NCBI GenBank assembly: GCA_947628375.1
Contig: CANQZQ010000001.1
Location: 1 to 52,163, forward strand
Direction: 5' to 3'
DNA: 52,163 bases
DNA from: an uncultured Bacilli bacterium
GTDB taxonomy: Bacteria; Bacillota_I; Bacilli_A; RF39; UBA660
Shown: piece after piece, positions 24,111 to 35,945 of the stretch
Position numbering within the stretch: the first letter of the stretch is position 1
Layout of the letters: each line of letters begins with the position of its first letter
Translations under genes and position numbers: made by a program
The notes under the pieces: generated by a model
What the model saw: only the letters and a program-made list of their open reading frames with translations
What the model was told of the DNA's origin: nothing
Databases searched by the model: none

Positions 24111-25042
24111 ACGTCGTCTTCAGTTTCACCTTTTTTAGAAGTAGCATCAGTTAAAGTTTCGTCGATATCAAATCCTGCTGGGTGACCCATTACAGATTTT
24201 CTAACTTCGTTACCTGCTTTAGCATCTTCAATAACTTGCATAACCATTAATACTTTTTTAGTTCTATCAAAATAAGTATATCCAGGGAATGCATCCATAG
24301 TAAATGTAAATGTAGAAGGATCTCCTGTAGCAGCCATATTAAATGTAAAGTTAGATTGAATTTTTACATTTGGTAATGTGATTTCTGCAGGCATATCTAC
24401 ACCAGTGTTTTGATCTCTGAATAATGTGCTTGCTTCAACATAATAGTTTCCTGCAAAGTGTTCAGCATCAATTTGTAATTCAGATACGTTTTTAGATTGT
24501 TTTACAATATAGAAATCTACAAATACTGGCATACCTTGTTCAGCAGTTGCTCCAGTAATTGATAATCCATCTTCTGAAACAGTTAAATCTTCTTCAACCA
24601 TTTTTACGATAGAACCATCAGCTTCTGCAACCATTACATTTACAGGTGCGCTAGCATCAATTTCTTCTCCTTCAGCTAATGCATCAGATAAATCAATTGT
24701 ACCGTCGCTATTAACTGTAGTATTTGAAGTCATATGTACGTGAACTTCTTGTGTTTCATCTTTAAATAAACCAGCACCAGATAAGATAGAGAATCCAATT
24801 GGAGATAATAAAGCATCTTCAACTGTGAAAGTTAAAGTCTTTTCACCTTCCCAAGCGATTAATCTAGTATTACCTCTACCACCTTGTGCATATACAGTAG
24901 TAGCAGCACCTTCAATAGTTGAAGTAGTAGCAGTATCAATGTAAAGAACTGGTTGACCTTTTTTAAATGTAGTTGTTCCGATTGTAGTATCGGCTTTTGC
25001 TTTGAATACTACATTGGCAATTTCTCTTACACCAAATTTCAT
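24098..25042 (-). CDS. major tail (tube) protein, 314 aa
   Basis: Strong RBS GGAGGA. Lies upstream of the chaperone/tape-measure block and is followed by a strong terminator, which suggests high expression. Ends in TAG. Confidence 0.65.
   Translation of the reverse strand: MKFGVREIANVVFKAKADTTIGTTTFKKGQPVLYIDTATTSTIEGAATTVYAQGGRGNTRLIAWEGEKTLTFTVEDALLSPIGFSILSGAGLFKDETQEVHVHMTSNTTVNSDGTIDLSDALAEGEEIDASAPVNVMVAEADGSIVKMVEEDLTVSEDGLSITGATAEQGMPVFVDFYIVKQSKNVSELQIDAEHFAGNYYVEASTLFRDQNTGVDMPAEITLPNVKIQSNFTFNMAATGDPSTFTFTMDAFPGYTYFDRTKKVLMVMQVIEDAKAGNEVRKSVMGHPAGFDIDETLTDATSKKGETEDDVKKN
24102..24110 (-). promoter_or_regulatory. A9 slippery run (GTA AAA AAA AAC TAG) at the 3' end of the tail tube gene
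   Basis: T9 on the plus strand at 24102-24110. It fits an A AAA AAA heptamer in the zero frame, two codons before the stop. Confidence 0.6.
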
Positions 25043-25070
25043 ATTTTTTTTCCTCCTTCAAATATTTATT

Positions 25071-25817
25071 TTATTCTTCTGAATGAATATCTTTCATTCA
25101 GTCTTCAGCTTCCTTTAAATCCTTTGCTCCGGCTAATTTAGCTTTTATATTTATATCATAAGCCATTTTTAATTGAAATCTATCATATTCATCATATAAT
25201 TGATAAACAGTATATTTTAACAATTCATTCATATCTTTTTTTTCTCCAACAGCTAAAATAGAAACATAACGATTTAAAATACTAATCTTTTTATTTTTAT
25301 CATTTTTTACTTGCGCAAGTACTTGTTTGCGCTTATTAAATTTTTCGGCGAGTTTTTTTGCAAGATCGCCGCCAGGATTATATTCTTTAGTATCATCCTT
25401 TTTAAAAGAAAATATTTTATTAAAGATAATTTTAAAATCTTCAAAATTATCTCTATCGATAGAATGTTTTTCTACTTCCCCATTCTTTTGTAATACAATA
25501 GCCTTTTGTGTTAAAGTTATTCTATATTCTGGAAAAAGTAGAGCCAGAACCATTTCTACGCAATTTCTGTTTTTTTGCATTACCGCATTATGCTCTCTCA
25601 GTATTGCTATTAATATATCAAAATTGCTTTTATCTTCTAAATTTATTTTGTCCTCTTCTGCAAGCATATTTTTAGAAAAGTTAATTAATTCGCATCCTGT
25701 AAAAAATGCATCTTCACCTAAATAACCTATTTCTTTTATTGTAGGTTGGTGTATAACTACTCCCGCTTTAAGAAATGGAATATCATTACCAGATAGGAAA
25801 GTTAATTCACTATCCAT
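25071..25817 (-). CDS. hypothetical tail/neck protein, 248 aa
   Basis: Track ORF 25098..25859. Start moved to ATG 25815-25817 (MDSELTFLSG). Extended through TGA to TAA 25071-25073. Confidence 0.55.
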
Positions 25818-25818
25818 A

Positions 25819-26415
25819 TTAATCCTCTTCTTTAGGTGGTAATTTATCATCATAGCCATGAACAGCTCTATATGATAAGCTATATCCGCCTAAATCTTCA
25901 TTTAAAATTAATTGATTGCAACCCATAAAATTAAGTATTCCAATTCCGCTTAGTTTACATCCATTCAATAGCCCATCAATATAGCCAGCTATTTTTAAAG
26001 GTCTTAATCTATAATCTCCAATATCTCAATATTGGTTATGACATATAATATCAAAATTAATAGTACAATCTCTAAAGAAAGGATTTTCTTCATTAGGAGT
26101 AAAATAATCCATTGATATTATAATATACGCTTTTACTTCCTCATGCTCTGGCATTTCAATTCTAGGTGAAAATCTAATATAACCATTTTCAATTAACATT
26201 GGTAAAGATGCTGCGGCAACCGCATCTTTTATTACTTTACTTTCTTTATTATCTAAGCAATCTTTTGTATTAACAACTAACAACCTTTTTAAAATATCGC
26301 TATAAGGTTGACTAGAAATAAACAATCTTCTTAATATAGCTTCAAAATCTTTTTCGCAAGATAGAAAAGAAGAGTCGCAATTTGTAAGTAATATTGGTCT
26401 TGTGTCTCTTATCAT
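25819..26415 (-). CDS. hypothetical head-tail joining protein, 198 aa
   Basis: Track ORF 26026..26415 extended through TGA to TAA 25819-25821. Confidence 0.55.
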
Positions 26416-26426
26416 ACTCTCATCTC

Positions 26427-27455
26427 CTATAAGCTATCTATTGTTATATTAAATATAACATCTTCTTCGCCTTCAACTTTATATTTTAATTGAAGGTTTC
26501 CACTTCTGCCGCTACTAATATAAACTTCTGTTTCAAATTGTGTGGAGTTAACAAGTTCTCCTTTATTGCTACCTAATTCTCACGTACCATTTACAATTCT
26601 ATTATCTCCAACCGCATTAACATAAATATAACTATTTTTTGAATAAGGTTTTACATGCTCAGGTCCAAAAATAAAGGCTTTTCCGCCACTTGGGCCATCT
26701 GTACCTGGGTTAGTTACAGTTTCATCTTCACGTTGTTGAGTTTCTTCATTAACTTTTTCTTCTATTGTATTTTGATATCATTCTTTTAAGTATAATATTA
26801 TTATACCATCTGAACTCATATTATCAATAGATTGAACTTCCCAAGGTTTTCCATTTATTTTTATTTTTGTAAATCTATGAAAGAATGCTTCTGTTTTCTC
26901 ATCTTTTGTAATATACATTTCAAGAGTATAATCAATATCATTTCAAGCTTTATTTTGTTGATTACGCCAATCAATTTCGTTAGTAGAAGGTCTTGCAGCA
27001 TAGCATTTATAATTTGTGCCATCTACATCTACTTCATATTTACATCTACGAATTTCCGCTCTAAAATAAGCTGTTTCTTCAAATCTTTGTAAATAAACTA
27101 ATCAATCAGTTCCATTTTCTTTCCAAGTAAAAATATCTCCAGGTTTCATTCCAATCTCTTGGAGTCCTTCAGAAGTTTTTTTTGGTTTAATAATAGATGG
27201 ATCTAATTCTCTTTCATTTAAACATATATCTTCAAAAGGGATAGAAATATATTTATTATCATAAAGATTTTTTATTTGGTCAGGGTTAATTAAACAACGA
27301 AATTCGCGGCCGTCCGCAAGAATCGCGGTCGCGCTTTGATATGAATATAATAATGCTTTTTTTAAACTTCTTAATTTATCCTCGTTCATTCTGTCAATTT
27401 GGCGGTTGCCACCTTGATAATTTAAACGAGTTCTCATATTCTCTAATCCTGACAT
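26427..27455 (-). CDS. hypothetical structural protein, 342 aa
   Basis: Track ORF 27102..27497 continues through five TGA codons to TAG 26427-26429 (frame checked). The start at ATG 27453-27455 follows AAGGAAA and is uncertain. Confidence 0.55.
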
Positions 27456-27769
27456 ATTTCTATTTCCTTTCTTATGGCAGTTATTAAACTTAAACATTCA
27501 AATATAATTCTTCTATATTCAAAGAAATCATCTTCTTTATTCAAATCATATAACCCTTTTAATTTGCATAGCAATGGAAATAGTAAATTATGATAATCAA
27601 GTAATAATTTATCCATTCCAGAAAATTCTTCAATAATTGTGCTTAATGGCGTTTCTCAATCTAAATTTTCTTCTCTATTTGGAAGTAATTTATAAGTTTG
27701 ATTAATTAATTTTTTTAAATCTTCTAATATAGCATTCTTGCTAATATTTGCGCCAGTACTTATTTTCAT
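27443..27769 (-). CDS. hypothetical protein, 108 aa
   Basis: Missed by the track because of an internal TGA. ATG 27767-27769, TAG 27443-27445, frame checked. Confidence 0.5.
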
Positions 27770-28332
27770 AAACGTTCTCCTTCTTTTGTATAAGGAGAGT
27801 CTTCCATGATAATACCAAAAGTAGAACGCATAATACCATTTTTATCTTTTCTTCTTCTTTTGTATAATCTTTGAAGATGGAAACCTTCTCTTTCATAATC
27901 TTTTTTAAGAGTTAATATTTTTGACATGTGATTTGCTTGTGAAGTAAATTTAAAATCACTTCCGCTATATTTCATTCTAACATTTTCAACAGTGGCTAAT
28001 TGTTGACCTAACCATTCAACTATCATATAAGTTGCAAGAATATTAATTTCTTCAGGAGTTAATTCACTATTAAAATGCCCTTCATCTTCAACTTTTACAA
28101 CAGTTTCATAATCTTTACCATCTATACTAGGCATTGTTGTAATTTTTTCTGTGTAAAAAGCATAATCTGTTATATCAAATCTCGGAAATTCAAATTTATG
28201 CATTGCACTTAATAATAACTCTTTTAATAATTTATGAGTATCTTCTTTTGTTAATTCCATATACATGTCATCAGTAATCTTACTTAAAAAACTATCATAA
28301 ATTATAGAAAAAGGTGTAGTTTTACCTTCCAT
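27760..28332 (-). CDS. head-tail connector/adaptor-like protein, 190 aa
   Basis: Track ORF 27766..28332 plus two codons through TGA to TAA 27760. Assigned by position downstream of the capsid module. Confidence 0.5.
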
Positions 28333-28352
28333 AATTACACCTCCAAACTTTA

Positions 28353-28937
28353 TTATTTTATAATTTTATATTTTTCAGTTGATGCGGCAGCTGCAGTTCT
28401 TCTTACTGTAGGCGCATCCTCTTTTACTTCTGGTTTCGCATTAAGACGTCTTATAAGACCATCTGTATTAACTTTTTCATCAGCAGTTTCTTCATTAATT
28501 TCAATAGCTTTTGTTACATCAAATCCAGTCATATCTAAAATAGCTTTTCTTTTATATATATCCGCAATTTTTAATTCAACTGCTAATTGTTTAACTAAAT
28601 CTACCGTTCCTGTTGGAGCGAAATCAATACAATCTTTTAATGCATCTAATGAACCATTTAATAATAAATTTTTAACATCTTCTCTAGTATAAAAATATTC
28701 AGGTTCAACTTCATGTAATAATTCAGCAACTGCTTCTTTATTATCTATTATTAAATAATTTCTTATTAAACTTTCTCCGCCAGGTATAAAAGATAATCTC
28801 CTTAATTCTTCCATTGTAATTTCTTTTGTCTCTCCTGAAGTAAAATTACGATTTAAATTATTTAAATCAGGAATTGTATAACCTACACTACCATTATCCC
28901 TATTAGTGACTTTTATAATTGTTTTATTATCTAACAT
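28353..28937 (-). CDS. hypothetical protein, 194 aa
   Basis: Intact track ORF, ends in TAA. Confidence 0.6.
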   Translation of the reverse strand: MLDNKTIIKVTNRDNGSVGYTIPDLNNLNRNFTSGETKEITMEELRRLSFIPGGESLIRNYLIIDNKEAVAELLHEVEPEYFYTREDVKNLLLNGSLDALKDCIDFAPTGTVDLVKQLAVELKIADIYKRKAILDMTGFDVTKAIEINEETADEKVNTDGLIRRLNAKPEVKEDAPTVRRTAAAASTEKYKIIK

Positions 28938-28959
28938 AATTAATTCTCCTTTTTCTCAT

Positions 28960-29020
28960 AAATAAAAAATAGGGAAGGAAAAACGACTCCTTTATTTCAA
29001 GAATTTGTTTTACCTTCCCT
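28960..29020 (-). terminator. intrinsic terminator after the capsid gene
   Basis: 14-bp stem agggaaggaaaaac/gttttaccttccct, followed by a T run on the minus strand. Confidence 0.6.
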
Positions 29021-29044
29021 AAAATATATGTGATATGTTTATAA

Positions 29045-30070
29045 TTATTTAACTTCTTTAGTTAAAGTTTCGTTTTTATAAACACAAATGTTATTAGTGA
29101 TTAAAGCACCAACACCAAGTTTTCTATATACTTGGATTTCTCTTGACCAGTCATCATTTTTTCTGTCATCAACAAGTGTTTGACCTTCAAATGCGATTTT
29201 AACTGGTTTGTCAGCTCCTGTAGGGATAATCCATGCATAAGCTGGGTCAATAACTTTCATGCTATTAGTTTCATCAGTTAATGATTGATTTAATACTACT
29301 ACATCATGTCCTTTGTAGTTTGCTAAATAACCATTATTCCATCTAGCTTCTTTCATATCATTTGAATACCAACTAGCATCAGATGGCATCATAGTTGCGG
29401 CAAATTCAAATGTACAATAGATAGTACTTCTTCCATAAGAGTCTGCAATTGATAATAATTTATCCATTTCAGTTTCTTTGAATGAAGTATCAGTATGTTT
29501 ATTAACTGTTGATAATTCGTTAGCAGCAGCGATTAATGCAGTTTCAATTTCTTTATAGATAGCTTCGTCTAATCCTTCCATTACGATGTCAACTAATTCA
29601 TTGAAGTCTAATCTTCCATCTAAGAATTCTTCGATAGAGATTTGAGCAGCTCCTCCGAATGCAGTTACTGGTAATTCATAGCTTTTTCCATCTAATTTGA
29701 ATACTTCATATACACCAGCTAAACCAGCTTTAGTAATAAATTGTTTTGCTCTTCTTCTTGAAGCAGCAGTGATTTTTTGTCTGAAAATAGCTTTGTCACC
29801 TTGAGCAACAGTAGTAATTTCAGCAAATCTTCCGTATTCTTCAATAACTCTTTGAGGTAATACATCATCAACAACTTGTTCTACTAATGCGAAAATAGTA
29901 TGTTTATTTTGTTCATATAAATGATAGTTACCTGCAATAGCGTTTAATTCTTTTCTTAATGTTTCATTAATTTCTGAAGCAGTAAATGTTTCACCTTCAA
30001 AAGAATAAGTAGCAGAAGGTTTTACATTAACAGCTAATTTAGCTAATTTTGTTAAATCTTTAAGTTCCAT
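29045..30070 (-). CDS. major capsid protein, 341 aa
   Basis: Size, position after the scaffold gene, strong RBS and a downstream terminator. HK97-fold membership is inferred, not searched. Confidence 0.8.
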   Translation of the reverse strand: MELKDLTKLAKLAVNVKPSATYSFEGETFTASEINETLRKELNAIAGNYHLYEQNKHTIFALVEQVVDDVLPQRVIEEYGRFAEITTVAQGDKAIFRQKITAASRRRAKQFITKAGLAGVYEVFKLDGKSYELPVTAFGGAAQISIEEFLDGRLDFNELVDIVMEGLDEAIYKEIETALIAAANELSTVNKHTDTSFKETEMDKLLSIADSYGRSTIYCTFEFAATMMPSDASWYSNDMKEARWNNGYLANYKGHDVVVLNQSLTDETNSMKVIDPAYAWIIPTGADKPVKIAFEGQTLVDDRKNDDWSREIQVYRKLGVGALITNNICVYKNETLTKEVK

Positions 30071-30083
30071 ATTAAAGTCCTCC

Positions 30084-30608
30084 TTATTTTATTCTTTGAA
30101 TTTTTACACCTTGTTGTCCATCAGGCATAGTGTAAATTTTAACTACTTTCCATTCCATACCTTCATATGTTCCATCTGTAGTTAAATATCCATCAGTGTT
30201 GACTTTTAAAACTGTTTCTCCTTCAGTTAAGTCTTCACTTGTTACTTCTTTATTTTTATCAGTGTTTGCTATAAAGCAATTAGTTGTGAATATATCTCCA
30301 ACATTTGTTTTGAATAATCTTGGATAAATTTCTCCAGCAACATAATCTTCTTTTTTCATAGCGAAATCTTTGTATGAATCTCTTTCATCATAGCATTTAA
30401 CTTCGTTATAAACTAACATTGGTTCCATTCCGTCAGCTGTAGGTTTTACAACTTTCTTTTGAGCATAGTCATAAACCATGAATTGACCATTTTCAAGAAT
30501 ATTAATTCCTTCATCTAATGGTAATTGAGCATAGATTTGTCTATTTCCTTGAGCTGATAAATGATTTGGTTCAACTTGTCCAAAACCAATTCTTTTAATT
30601 GTAGCCAT
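30084..30608 (-). CDS. hypothetical head protein (decoration?), 174 aa
   Basis: Intact ORF between the scaffold and capsid genes. Confidence 0.5.
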   Translation of the reverse strand: MATIKRIGFGQVEPNHLSAQGNRQIYAQLPLDEGINILENGQFMVYDYAQKKVVKPTADGMEPMLVYNEVKCYDERDSYKDFAMKKEDYVAGEIYPRLFKTNVGDIFTTNCFIANTDKNKEVTSEDLTEGETVLKVNTDGYLTTDGTYEGMEWKVVKIYTMPDGQQGVKIQRIK

Positions 30609-30630
30609 ATCTATTTTTCCTCCTTATATA

Positions 30631-31998
30631 TTATTCTCTATTGTTGTCTCTAGTATGTTTTAATGCAGTTAACCATGCTGGAGAACTAACAGAGTCGTTA
30701 TCTAAACTATATGTTGTGATAACTTCTTTATCTTCTACATTATCTTCATTTTTTGAATTATCCTCTAAATCAAAATTAACCTTTTTTCTAACACAAATTA
30801 CAGATAATTTTGCTTCTATTTCTTCTAGAGAATATTTTGATTTATTTTCGATAACGTCTTTTTTATCTTCATCAGATAACATATAGAAACTATTGATTAA
30901 AGCGTCTTTCTTTTCGTTATCTACAGCTTCTTTAAATGTTACTAATTCTTGATATTTAGCTTCCATTTCTGCATAACTAGTCTTTAAAGCTTCTAATTCA
31001 TTTTCTAATAAAGCATAATCTTTTTTCTTTTCATCATCATCGTCATTATCTGCGTTGTCAGTGTCATCAGATTTATCTTCATTTTCATCTTTTTTAGCAG
31101 CATATTCTTCTTGACTAGGTTCAGCAGCATCATCAACAGAAGCATTAGATTCGTCTGCGATTTCCGCAGGTTCTTCAGTTATAGAATTTTCTTCTGTAAC
31201 TTCAGGAGTTTCAGTTTCAACTGGTTCAGTTTCAACAACTTCTTCTTCAGAAGATGTGATAACTTCAGTTTCAACATTTTTATCTTCTAGTTCCATTTTG
31301 TATCCTCCTTTTAACGCAACTTGTAGGTCTTTCATCATAGTAAACAATGTTTGTTTAAAGCTATCATCCATTTTAGTAAAGGTTTTACTTACTTCAGGTG
31401 CGGTAATGCTTGAGCCTTCGAAGCAAGGTTCAACATTTTCTCCTAAAATGCATAATTTTGTAAATATTGCATCATTTATTATGAAAAATTCCATACCTGT
31501 TTTATTGTTTGTTGACCAATGTCCATCTAAAGTTTCTTCATCTAGTTCCATTGATTGAGGTCTTCCCCCAAGAGCTAGTTTAGCTTCTTCAAATTGACCC
31601 GTTCAAAGATACCCAGTAGTCATAAGATATTCTCTTGTAACTTTGTTTCCAAAATCATCAGTATCTTCAAATTTTTGAAACCATACTTTGGCATCTGGAG
31701 CTACGAATCCATAAGGTTTAGTTAGGCATTCAAATTTAATGCCATCTTCATCCATTATGACTCTTTCACTGTGTTCTCTAAAATCGCCTTTGTCTTCATT
31801 ATAATATCCAACAATAGGCGCCCCTCTTAAAGTCTTTGCCATTTCTGTTGCAACTTCTTTAGTAATATAACTATGGTTTCTATTTTCACCTAGATATAAA
31901 ACTTTTATTTCACAGCTGCTCATTAGTGGGTTAATTTCTAAAGGTTGTAGATTAATAAACTCAGGAGAGTCTATAGTTGCTATTGATTGGTGCATCAT
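30631..31998 (-). CDS. prohead protease/scaffolding fusion-type protein, 455 aa
   Basis: Fragments 30631..31551 and 31603..31998 are in frame and joined by one TGA. Has an N-terminal globular domain and a very acidic coiled-coil C-terminal half. Confidence 0.6.
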
Positions 31999-32082
31999 AA
32001 CTATCTATTCCTTTCTTAATTTCCACTTATTTATATTTAAATAAAGTGCTAATAATTTTTTCTTTTTTTGTCCTAATTTTCA

Positions 32083-33711
32083 TTAAGATTGACTTTCTTC
32101 ATTCATTATTGTTTTTTCAGATTTCTCATCGTCTGCTTTTTTAGGTCTTCCGCCAGTACTTTCTTCACTATCATTATTACTATTGCTATTTTGTTTATTT
32201 GCGCTATTTAATCTATTTAATACATCGCTATTCATTGTACTTGACATCATTGGTGGAATAAATACATTAACTAAATCTAATACTTGATTTTCAAAATAAG
32301 CATTTGCTAATATTGTACTTTGAGATTGACCAAGAGCAATTTGCGGAAGCATCTTACTAAAACCAACTTGCATTTGTTCTTTATAGATTTTCGCCAAATC
32401 TTGATAATTATAAATAGTTGTTTTAAGGATTTGCGCTCTATAATAATATTTTTTAGGTTTTTTATTATATTTTTCTATAACATCATTCATAAATGCTTCA
32501 AATTGAAGTATTAAATCATACATTGATGCGGCATCATTAAGAATAGATTTTTCAAGAGCAATGTTTCCGTCTGTATTAAATTGCATTTGAGAAACACCAG
32601 CTTCATTATAAACTGTTCTTTCTACTCTTGCTAAATCATCTGTTGTAGCAGTACTTCTATTGCTATCCATATCCGCAACATCAACATCCGCGAAAGTAGT
32701 TAACACATCTATACCAATAGCCTTACCTAACATTGCAACAGCATTATTATGTAATTGTTGAGCTTCATCTACATCGAATACAAGATCTCCATTTTTATCA
32801 GTTGGCATTTTTTGAATAATAATTTTTAATAATTCTTGTGCCATCTTTTGTTTATCTAAATCTTGAGCTTCATCTAAATCTATAATTGCGGGAATGACTG
32901 ACATAAACATTGGCGAATCTTCTCCATTAATGTTAAATTTAATGGTTGCCGCAGTGTCTAACAAATATCATCCTGCTGAGTCTCCTGGAAATTGAGGAGG
33001 TAATTTCCCATCTTTATAAAGAATATATCCTTTTTTAAATTCTGGTGGGAAAAGATTTAGCATCTTCATTCTTTGTGTTGCGTCTTTAAACATTGCATCA
33101 AAGTATCTCATATTAAATTCAAGTGCTGGTCTATTATTAACAATAAATCTTGAACGACAATAATTTACAGGTAATTCTTGAACAGTAATTCTTTTAGAAG
33201 TAGGAATTAAATATCCATAATAACAGCCATTTTTAATAACTTTTAATGCTATCTCGCCAAATAATTTTTTTAATTCAGAATTATCTAAATATAATAAAAT
33301 CTTATAAAAATCTGCTAGCGCATCATCTTGATCTTTTTCTTTTGTAGTATCTTCATTTATATAAGGAGTTACCATTCAATCAAATGTATACATACGAGCC
33401 ATATATTTGCATAATCTTGAATAAATACCACTTGTTTCAAAATAAAATCTAGATATTTCTCGCATATCTTCATAATTATTATCCGCAAGTGCTCTCAATA
33501 TTATTTCCTTTTTTGTAAATCTAGGTTCTACTTTACTATAATCTCCTAAATTTAAAATAGCATTATCTAATGTTTTTGCTCCAACTTTTATTTTACTAAA
33601 ATCTACAGGAACAAAGTTATTTGATAAATTATTTTCAATGGTGTCATCATTAAAGTTCATTTTAAAACCTTTTCTTTTAATTTCTTCTTTTCTATTTTTC
33701 AAGATTGACAC
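32083..33711 (-). CDS. portal protein, about 542 aa
   Basis: Fragments 32083.., 32968.. and 33376..33711 are in frame and joined by TGA. Lies next to the terminase. The start is GTG 33709-33711 or ATG 33658-33660. Confidence 0.8.
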
Positions 33712-33736
33712 CTCACTTTTTCTATTTTAGTATATA

Positions 33737-34105
33737 TTAAAATCCGCCTTTAGAATAATATAAATTCATAATATAGTCATAATCTATTCTACCTTCCGCA
33801 ACATACGGAATTTCAATTAAAATTATATTATGTTTTTTGCAGTATTCTTTTTTCTTCATATCATTAAATTGTTGTTTGTGAAGTCCAGAATATCCACCGA
33901 ATTTGCTTTTTGGTTCATAATGTTGAATACCTTGATATTCAATCAAAAATTCTAAATTATGATCATCATCAAAAACAGCAAAATCAAATCTTAAAGGGCG
34001 GCCGCTTGAACTCACTAAATCAGGAAAAGAATATTCTTCTTCAAATATTAATCCAGCTTCTTGCAAAACTTCTTCTATTTTTATTTCTCCTCTACTTGCC
34101 CTCAT
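33737..34105 (-). CDS. PD-(D/E)XK-type nuclease (free-standing, homing-endonuclease-like), 122 aa
   Basis: Motifs FDFAV...LEFLIEYQGIQH...K match a D...E-x-(Q/D)G..H restriction-endonuclease-like core. Inserted between the terminase and portal genes. Confidence 0.55.
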   Translation of the reverse strand: MRASRGEIKIEEVLQEAGLIFEEEYSFPDLVSSSGRPLRFDFAVFDDDHNLEFLIEYQGIQHYEPKSKFGGYSGLHKQQFNDMKKKEYCKKHNIILIEIPYVAEGRIDYDYIMNLYYSKGGF

Positions 34106-34195
34106 ATTTTCCTCCTGTAATATACTAAAATGTTTCTATAATAATATAAATCTTTCAAAAAGTAAATAACTTAAAGTTGCCCAATAAAGCAATTA

Positions 34196-35944
34196 TTAAT
34201 TTCCGCTAAAGAACATCATATCTGCAATATTTCTTTTTTTTCTTTTTTTCTTTTTATCTTCTTCTAATTTTTTATAATACATTCCATGTTCAAAAGCAGA
34301 GAATTTATCTTTCTTAATGCTCCTATTAGATTGTTTTAATATAATATTAACGCCTTCATTTTCTTCTACTAAATTAAGCATTTGATCTTTTAAAATAGTA
34401 GTTTGTGTAAATGGTATTAAATATTCTGCTCTCTTGTCTGGCGTCATATTTTGTCCAACCTTTGTAGATAATAATTTAGTTTTTGCTTGATTTTCATCAA
34501 TTAAAAATTTAATTTTCCCACTTGATAATTGAGTTTGAACATAAGTATGCATCTCAGTATTAATAGGCGCATTAGCTTTAATTAAATAAAGAGCATCATT
34601 TTCAACACCTGGACCTTTAATTTTTTTATATTTTTCCAAAGTATCTTCTGCGGTACCACCTTCTACACCAAATGGCGGCAACTCTTCTCCAGTATCTGGA
34701 TCTATTTGCGCTAAAATCATAAAATCTATTAATCCAGCACCTACACCATTTGCATCGATTGATAATGCTCTTGCATTATATTTATAATATAATTTCTTTA
34801 AATGAATTGCTTGTTTTTCAAAATCTTCTGCGTCATAAGTGTAAATATTAACAAGAGCAGCTAAATCAGCTCCTTGCACTTGCGGCGTAACCTTAATTAC
34901 CGCAACCTCAGTCATATCTCCAAAACGACCTACGTCGACACCCAATATATAATATTGACTTTTACCATTTCTTCCACTTGCTTCATACTCTGGTTGCAAT
35001 AGTACTCTATATTTATCATATTTTTCAGATGAGAAGAATGCATTTTCCGCATCACCACTTCATTCAGACTCGTATTCTCTTGAAAATGAACTATCATTAT
35101 AGGTTCCATCTAATTTTAAACCTTGAATAAAGTTTTTTGGTTGCAATCCTTCAAGCACTGGAATTCGTCATGTTCCGCCTAAAACCATGGCTTCCGCAGG
35201 ATTTATAATTTGTTGGATTAATAATTGAATTAATTTATCATAAGCAAATGCGTTTTTCCATCCTGCCGTAGTTACATAAATTTGAGATTTATTAGCAACT
35301 TCATCTTCTCTACTGCTTCCATCAGCTAATCTTCTATCTACTACCATTGTAGGAATAATAACTTCATTCAATAGCGTTTGGTCAATAAGAATAACCTCTT
35401 CCATTAAACCACCTGTTGCACGTTTACCACGAGAACTTTGTTGTGCAGCCATGATATCTAACTTGCTACCATTTTTAAATATATAAGTAACTTCATTTTT
35501 TGAAGCTTTTGAAGCTCCTCTTGACCAATCTATTTCATTTCTTAATCCAGGAATTAATTTAACTAATTCTTCTGCTTTTTCACGAGTAATTCCTGCAGCT
35601 TGCTCTTTCCCACCAGTAGTAACAAAGAAATGCGCTCTAGGATATAAAATGCAACGCAACATTAATACTAACACAGCTAAGAATGATTTTGAATAACCAC
35701 GCGGAAATGTTGCATATACATATTTATGACGCATTGCCGCCCTTAAAAATATCCTTTGATAAAAATATAATTGGAAATTTTCAGGATTATTTCCACATAA
35801 AAATTCAACAAACATATCTGGATATTCTCTTCAAAAGGCAACATACTGTCTAATAACAGGTAATTGCGCGCGAATTCTTTCTTCAGAAATCCCAATTTTA
35901 TTCATCTTTGAAGAAGATAATTCTAATAAATCTGCTAAAGCCAT
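34196..35944 (-). CDS. terL: terminase large subunit, 582 aa
   Basis: Fragments 34196..34999 and 35168..35815 plus an N-terminal extension to ATG 35942-35944 are all in frame through TGA. Walker A-like FPRGYSKS, Walker B-like GGLMEEV, and a nuclease half with ILGVDVG. Confidence 0.9.
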
Positions 35945-35945
35945 A

